A stretch of DNA of 64,000 nucleotides from Auanema rhodensis. Lineage: Eukaryota; Animalia; Nematoda. The stretch is from contig OZ059900.1 in the NCBI GenBank assembly GCA_964057225.1, forward strand, positions 682,001 to 746,000. Direction: 5' to 3'. Both the position numbers and the translations under genes were made by a program. How positions within the stretch are numbered: the stretch's first letter is position 1; each line of letters starts with the position of its first letter. Below are positions 56,561 to 64,000 of the stretch, one piece after another. The notes below the pieces were generated by a model that saw only the letters and a list, made by a program, of their open reading frames with translations, was not told the origin of the DNA and searched no databases.

Positions 56561-58269
56561 ATACACAAAATAAGTCTATTTTTACAAGTTTGCACTGATA
56601 TTTATTCATTTTGATCAAAAAAGGTCGAAAATAGAAAGAATTTTTGAAATTTCCGAGTTTTGAGTCCAATTTGGCTAAATCGCTCATATATATGATCAAA
56701 AGCATAGTTTTATTGTCTATAAAAACAAAAGTCATCAATTAAACGCTAGTGATGTTTAAATACTGAATTTCGCTCAAATAGCATTACTACACTAAGTATG
56801 GTCGTTTTTATGCCTTTAACACCATATACTCACCGATTTTTGGTACAAAATCTGTAATACTCGTAAATTTTGATCATATTCGTTAAGATTTGAGAATCGA
56901 ACATACAATACACAAAATCAGTCTATTTTTATGAGCTTGCACTGATATATTCATTTTGATCAAAAAAGGTCGAAAATAGAAAGAATTTTTGAAATTTCCG
57001 AGTTTTGAGTCTAATTTGGCTAAATCGCTCATATATAAGATCAGAAGCATAGTTTTATTGTCTATGACAACAAAAATCATCAATTAAACGCTAGTGATGT
57101 TTAAATACTGATTTTCGCTCAAATAGCATTACTACACTAAGTATGGTCGTTTTTATGCCTTTAACACCATATACTCACCGATTTTTGGTACAAAATCTGT
57201 AATACTCGTAAATTTTGATCATATTCGTTAAGATTTGAAAATCAAACACACAATAAACAAAATCAGTCTATTTTTATGAGTTTGCACTGATATATATTCA
57301 TTTTGATCAAAAAAGGTCGAAAATAGAAAGAATTTTTGAATTTTCCGAGTTTTGAGTCCAATTGGGCTAAATCGCTCATATATATAATCAAAAGCATAGT
57401 TTTACTGTCTATGATAACAAAAGTTATCAATTAAACGCTAGTGATGTTTAAATACTGATTTTCGCTCAAATAGCATTACTACACTAAGTATGGTCGTTTT
57501 TATGCCTTTAACACCATATACTCACCGATTTTTGGTACAAAATCTGTGATACTCGTAAATTTTGATCATATTCGGTGAGATTCGAGAATCAAACACACAA
57601 TACACGAAATAAGTCTATTTTTACGAGTTTGCACTGATATTTATTCATTTTGATCAAAAAAGGTCGAAAATAGAAAGAATTTTTGAAATTTCCGAGTTTT
57701 GGGTCTAATTTGGCTAAATCGCTCATATATATGATCAAAAGCATAGTTTTACTGTCTATGATAACAAAAGTCTTCAAATATACACTAATAATGTGTAAAT
57801 CACTGAATTTCACTCAAATAGCTTTACTACACTAAGTATGGTCGTTTTTATGCCTTTAACACCATATACTCACCGATTTTTGGTACAAAATCTGTAATAC
57901 TCGTAAATTTCGATCATATTCGTTAAGATTCGAGAATCAAACACACAATACACGAAATAAGTTTATTTTTACGAGTTTGCACTGATATTTATTCATTTTG
58001 ATCAAAAAAGGTCGAAAATAGAAAGAATTTTTGAATTTTCCGAGTTTTGAGTCCAATTGGGCTAAATCGCTCATATATCTGATCAAAAGCATAGTTTCAC
58101 TGTCTATGATAACAAAAGTCTTCAAATATACACTAGTAATGATTAAATCACTGAATTTCACTCAAAGAGCTTTACTACACTAAGTATGGTCGTTTTTATG
58201 CCTTTAACACCATATACTCACCGATTTTTGGTACAAAATCTGTAATACTCGTAAATTTTGATCATATCC

Positions 58270-61200
58270 GTTAAGATTCGAGAATCAAACACACAATACA
58301 CGAAATAAGTTTATTTTTACGAGTTTGCACTGATATTTATTCATTTTGATCAAAAAAGGTCGAAAATAGAAAGAATTTTTGAATTTTCCGAGTTTTGAGT
58401 CCAATTGGGCTAAATCGCTCATATATATGATCAAAAGCATAGTTTCACTGTCTATGATAACAAAAGTCTTCAAATATACACTAGTAATGATTAAATCACT
58501 GAATTTCACTCAAATAGCATTACTACACTAAGTATGGTCGTTTTTATGCCTTTAACACCATATACTCACCGAGTTTTGGTACAAAATCTGTAATACTTGT
58601 AAATTTTGATCATATTCGTTAAGATTTGAGAATCAAACACATAATACACGAAATAAGTCTTTTTTTACAAGTTTGCACTGATATTTATTCATTTTGATCA
58701 AAAAAGGTCGAAAATAGAAAGAATTTTTGAAATTTCCGAGTTTTGAGTCCAATTTGGCTAAATCGCTCATATATATGATCAAAAGCATAGTTCTATTGTC
58801 TATAACAACAAAAGTCTTTAATTAAACGCTAGTGATGTTTTAATACTGAATTTCGCTCAAATAGCATTACTACACTAAGTATGGTCGTTTTTATGCCTTT
58901 AACACCATATACTCACCGATTTTTGGTACAAAATCTGTAATACTTGTAAATTTTGATCATATTCGTTAAGATTCGAAAATCAAACACACAATACACGAAA
59001 TAAGTTTATTTTTACAAGTTTGCACTGATATTTATTCATTTTGATCAAAAAAGGTCGAAAATAGAAAGAATTTTTGAAATTTCCGAGTTTTGAGTCTAAT
59101 TTGGCTAAATCGCTCATATATATGATCAAAAGCATAGTTTTATTGTCTATAACAACAAAAGTCATCAATTAAACGCTAGTGATGTTTAAATACTGAATTT
59201 CGCTCAAATAGCATTACTACACTAAGTATGGTCGTTTTTATGCCTTTAACACCATATACTCACCGATTTTTGGTACAAAATCTGTAATACTCGTAAATTT
59301 TGATCATATTCGTTAAGATTTGAGAATCAAACATACAATACACAAAATCAGTCTATTTTTATGAGCTTGCACTGATATATATTCATTTTGATCAAAAAAG
59401 GTCGAAAATAGAAAGAATTTTTGAAATTTCCGAGTTTTGAGTCTAATTTGGCTAAATCGCTCATATATAAGATCAGAAGCATAGTTTTATTGTCTATGAA
59501 AACAAAAATCATCAATTAAACGCTAGTGATATTTAAATACTGATTTTCGCTCAAATAGCATTACTACACTAAGTATGGTCGTTTTTATGCCTTTAACACC
59601 ATATACTCACCGATTTTTGGTACAAAATCTGTAATACTCGTAAATTTTGATCATATTCGTTAAGATTTGAAAATCAAACACACAATAAACAAAATCAGTC
59701 TATTTTTATGAGTTTGCACTGATATATATTCATTTTGATCAAAAAAGGTCGAAAATAGAAAGAATTTTTGAATTTTCCGAGTTTTGAGTCCAATTGGGCT
59801 AAATCGCTCATATATATAATCAAAAGCATAGTTTTACTGTCTATGATAACAAAAGTCATCAATTAAACGGTAGTGATGTTTAAATACTTATTTTCGCTCA
59901 AATAGCATTACTACACTAAGTATGGTCGTTTTTATGCCTTTAACACCATATACTCACCGATTTTTGGTACAAAATCTGTGATACTCGTAAATTTTGATCA
60001 TATTCGGTGAGATTCGAGAATCAAACACACAATACACGAAATAAGTTTATTTTGACGAGTTTGCACTGATATTTATTCATTTTGATCAAAAAAGGTCGAA
60101 AATAGAAAGAATTTTTGAATTTTCCGAGTTTTGAGTCCAATTGGGCTAAATCGCTCATATATATGATCAAAAGCATAGTTTTACTGTCTATGATAACAAA
60201 AGTCTTCAAATATACACTAATAATGATTAAATCACTGAATTTCACTCAAATAGCATTACTACACTAAGTATGGTCGTTTTTATGCCTTTAACACCATATA
60301 CTCACCGATTTTTGGTACAAAATCTGTAATACTCGTAAATTTCGATCATATTCGTTAAGATTTGAGAATCAAACACACAATACACGAAATAAGTTTATTT
60401 TTACGAGTTTGCACTGATATTTATTCATTTTGATCAAAAAAGGTCGAAAATAGAAAGAATTTTTGAATTTTCCGAGTTTTGAGTCCAATTGGGCTAAATC
60501 GCTCATATATATGATCAAAAGCATAGTTTCACTGTCTATGATAACAAAAGTCTTCAAATATACACTAGTAATGATTAAATCACTGAATTTCACTCAAATA
60601 GCATTACTACACTAAGTATGGTCGTTTTTATGCCTTTAACACCATATACTCACCGAGTTTTGGTACAAAATCTGTAATACTTGTAAATTTTGATCATATT
60701 CGTTAAGATTTGAGAATCAAACACATAATACACGAAATAAGTCTTTTTTTACAAGTTTGCACTGATATTTATTCATTTTGATCAAAAAAGGTCGAAAATA
60801 GAAAGAATTTTTGAAATTTCCGAGTTTTGAGTCCAATTTGGCTAAATCGCTCATATATATGATCAAAAGCATAGTTCTATTGTCTATAACAACAAAAGTC
60901 TTTAATTAAACGCTAGTGATGTTTTAATACTGAATTTCGCTCAAATAGCATTACTACACTAAGTATGGTCGTTTTTATGCCTTTAACACCATATACTCAC
61001 CGATTTTTGGTACAAAATCTGTAATACTTGTAAATTTTGATCATATTCGTTAAGATTCGAAAATCAAACACACAATACACGAAATAAGTTTATTTTTACA
61101 AGTTTGCACTGATATTTATTCATTTTGATCAAAAAAGGTCGAAAATAGAAAGAATTTTTGAAATTTCCGAGTTTTGAGTCTAATTTGGCTAAATCGCTCA

Positions 61201-63490
61201 TATATATGATCAAAAGCATAGTTTTATTGTCTATAACAACAAAAGTCATCAATTAAACGCTAGTGATGTTTAAATACTGAATTTCGCTCAAATAGCATTA
61301 CTACACTAAGTATGGTCGTTTTTATGCCTTTAACACCATATACTCACCGATTTTTGGTACAAAATCTGTAATACTCGTAAATTTTGATCATATTCGTTAA
61401 GATTTGAGAATCAAACATACAATACACAAAATCAGTCTATTTTTATGAGCTTGCACTGATATATATTCATTTTGATCAAAAAAGGTCGAAAATAGAAAGA
61501 ATTTTTGAATATTCCGAGTTTTGAGTCTAATTTGGCTAAATCGCTCATATATAAGATCAGAAGCATAGTTTTATTGTCTATGACAACAAAAATCATCAAT
61601 TAAACGCTAGTGATATTTAAATACTGATTTTCGCTCAAATAGCATTACTACACTAAGTATGGTCGTTTTTATGCCTTTAACACCATATACTCACCGATTT
61701 TTGGTACAAAATCTGTAATACTCGTAAATTTTGATCATATTCGTTAAGATTTGAAAATCAAACACACAATAAACAAAATCAGTCTATTTTTATGAGTTTG
61801 CACTGATATATATTCATTTTGATCAAAAAAGGTCGAAAATAGAAAGAATTTTTGAATTTTCCGAGTTTTGAGTCCAATTGGGCTAAATCGCTCATATATA
61901 TAATCAAAAGCATAGTTTTACTGTCTATGATAACAAAAGTCATCAATTAAACGGTAGTGATGTTTAAATACTTATTTTCGCTCAAATAGCATTACTACAC
62001 TAAGTATGGTCGTTTTTATGCCTTTAACACCATATACTCACCGATTTTTGGTACAAAATCTGTGATACTCGTAAATTTTGATCATATTCGGTGAGATTCG
62101 AGAATCAAACACACAATACACGAAATAAGTTTATTTTGACGAGTTTGCACTGATATTTATTCATTTTGATCAAAAAAGGTCGAAAATAGAAAGAATTTTT
62201 GAATTTTCCGAGTTTTGAGTCCAATTGGGCTAAATCGCTCATATATATGATCAAAAGCATAGTTTTACTGTCTATGATAACAAAAGTCTTCAAATATACA
62301 CTAATAATGATTAAATCACTGAATTTCACTCAAATAGCATTACTACACTAAGTATGGTCGTTTTTATGCCTTTAACACCATATACTCACCGATTTTTGGT
62401 ACAAAATCTGTAATACTCGTAAATTTCGATCATATTCGTTAAGATTTGAGAATCAAACACACAATACACGAAATAAGTTTATTTTTACGAGTTTGCACTG
62501 ATATTTATTCATTTTGATCAAAAAAGGTCGAAAATAGAAAGAATTTTTGAATTTTCCGAGTTTTGAGTCCAATTGGGCTAAATCGCTCATATATATGATC
62601 AAAAGCATAGTTTCACTGTCTATGATAACAAAAGTCTTCAAATATACACTAGTAATGATTAAATCACTGAATTTCACTCAAATAGCATTACTACACTAAG
62701 TATGGTCGTTTTTATGCCTTTAACACCATATACTCACCGAGTTTTGGTACAAAATCTGTAATACTTGTAAATTTTTATCATATTCGTTAAGATTTGAGAA
62801 TCAAACACATAATACACGAAATAAGTCTTTTTTTACAAGTTTGCACTGATATTTATTCATTTTGATCAAAAAAGGTCGAAAATAGAAAGAATTTTTGAAA
62901 TTTCCGAGTTTTGAGTCCAATTTGGCTAAATCGCTCATATATATGATCAAAAGCATAGTTCTGTTGTCTATAACAACAAAAGTCTTTAATTAAACTCTAG
63001 TGATGTTTTAATACTGAATTTCGCTCAAATAGCATTACTACACTAAGTATGGTCGTTTTTATGCCTTTAACACCATATACTCACCGATTTTTGGTACAAA
63101 ATCTGTAACACTTGTAAATTTTGATCATATTCGTTAAGATTCGAAAATCAAACACACAATACACGAAATAAGTTTATTTTTACAAGTTTGCACTGATATT
63201 TATTCATTTTGATCAAAAAAGGTCGAAAATAGAAAGAATTTTTGAAATTTCCGAGTTTTGAGTCTAATTTGGCTAAATCGCTCATATATATGATCAAAAG
63301 CATAGTTTTATTGTCTATAACAACGAAAGTCATCAATTAAACGCTAGTGATGTTTAAATACTGAATTTCGCTCAAATAGCATTACTACACTAAGTATGGT
63401 CGTTTTTATGCCTTTAACACCATATACTCACCGATTTTTGGTACAAAATCTGTAATACTCGTAAATTTTGATCATATTCGTTAAGATTTG
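58270..63490 (+). repeat. 6-monomer higher-order repeat, about 2.5 copies (period 2084 bp)
   Basis: ORF series 58285/60369/62453, 58980/61064/63148 and 60021/62105 are offset 2084 (4x347+2x348). Confidence 0.9.
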
Positions 63491-64000
63491 AAAATCAAAC
63501 ACACAATAAACAAAATCAGTCTATTTTTATGAGTTTGCACTGATATATATTCATTTTGATCAAAAAAGGTCGAAAATAGAAAGAATTTTTGAATTTTCCG
63601 AGTTTTGAGTCCAATTGGGCTAAATCGCTCATATATATAATCAAAAGCATAGTTTTACTGTCTATGATAACAAAAGTCATCAATTAAACGCTAGTGATGT
63701 TTAAATACTGATTTTCGCTCAAATAGCATTACTACACTAAGTATGGTCGTTTTTATGCCTTTAACACCATATACTCACCGATTTTTGGTACAAAATCTGT
63801 GATACTCGTAAATTTTGATCATATTCGGTGAGATTCGAGAATCGAACACACAATACACGAAATAAGTCTATTTTTACGAGTTTGCACTGATATTTATTCA
63901 TTTTGATCAAAAAAGGTCGAAAATAGAAAGAATTTTTGAAATTTCCGAGTTTTGAGTCTAATTTGGCTAAATCGCTCATATATATGATCAAAAGCATAGT

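Larger units (their letters stand above)
1..64000 (+). repeat. AT-rich tandem satellite DNA array, 347/348-bp monomer, about 184 copies, head-to-tail; probably eukaryotic (peri)centromeric or heterochromatic
   Basis: TTCATTTTGATCAAAAAAGGTCG at 1 recurs at 348 and then every 347/348 bp, with minor variants, to the end of the window. ORF-track coordinates step by 347/348 or multiples (906, 1253; 2989, 3336, 3683; 46131, 46479, 46827). The array is seen directly; the centromeric assignment is inference. Confidence 0.99.

Noticed and set aside
212-63997. Over 90 minus-strand ORFs of 62-101 aa (MMTFVVIDNKTMLLIIY... and MKFSDLII...) as a tandem small-protein gene family
   Set aside because: They are one reading frame of the satellite monomer. 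Stops and frameshifts are polymorphic, and about half of the monomers lack a qualifying ORF. Many variants change amino acids, the N-terminus switches with a 1-bp indel, and I recognise no domain. Ribosome profiling or proteomics would be needed to revive the idea.
1-64000. CRISPR array or other repeat-spacer system
   Set aside because: There are no unique spacers: the entire 347-bp unit repeats at high identity, and no cas or other genes are present.
1-64000. Tandem 5S rDNA, tRNA or snRNA gene array, or a tandem MITE
   Set aside because: I recognise no 5S, tRNA or snRNA sequence or Pol III boxes in the 30% GC unit. There are no terminal inverted repeats or target-site duplications bounding the unit. 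An Rfam search would confirm this.

Overview
The whole 64 kb window is one uninterrupted head-to-tail tandem satellite array. It holds about 184 monomers of 347 or 348 bp (about 30.5% GC, hand-counted over positions 1-347), all in the same orientation. I see no genes, transposon insertions, inversions or unique sequence. Every ORF in the track is a chance reading frame of the monomer and is rejected as a CDS. The monomer size, AT richness, phased A-tracts and CpG-transition pattern fit a eukaryotic (peri)centromeric or heterochromatic satellite. I do not recognise the family or organism. The interesting structure is non-coding: (1) the monomer looks like an old diverged dimer of ~178 + ~169 bp; (2) local higher-order repeats change period along the array (3-, 4-, 5-, 6-, 7-, 9- and 10-mers), and multi-monomer blocks recur 7.6-19.4 kb apart; (3) both ends of the window share variants missing from the ~12-57 kb core; (4) several inverted repeats have variants that perfect or co-vary across the two arms; (5) a dimorphic ~46 bp cassette defines the 347 and 348 bp classes. 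Higher-order repeat boundaries were estimated by eye from diagnostic variants and ORF-track offsets and are approximate. I found no support for a protein-coding system.
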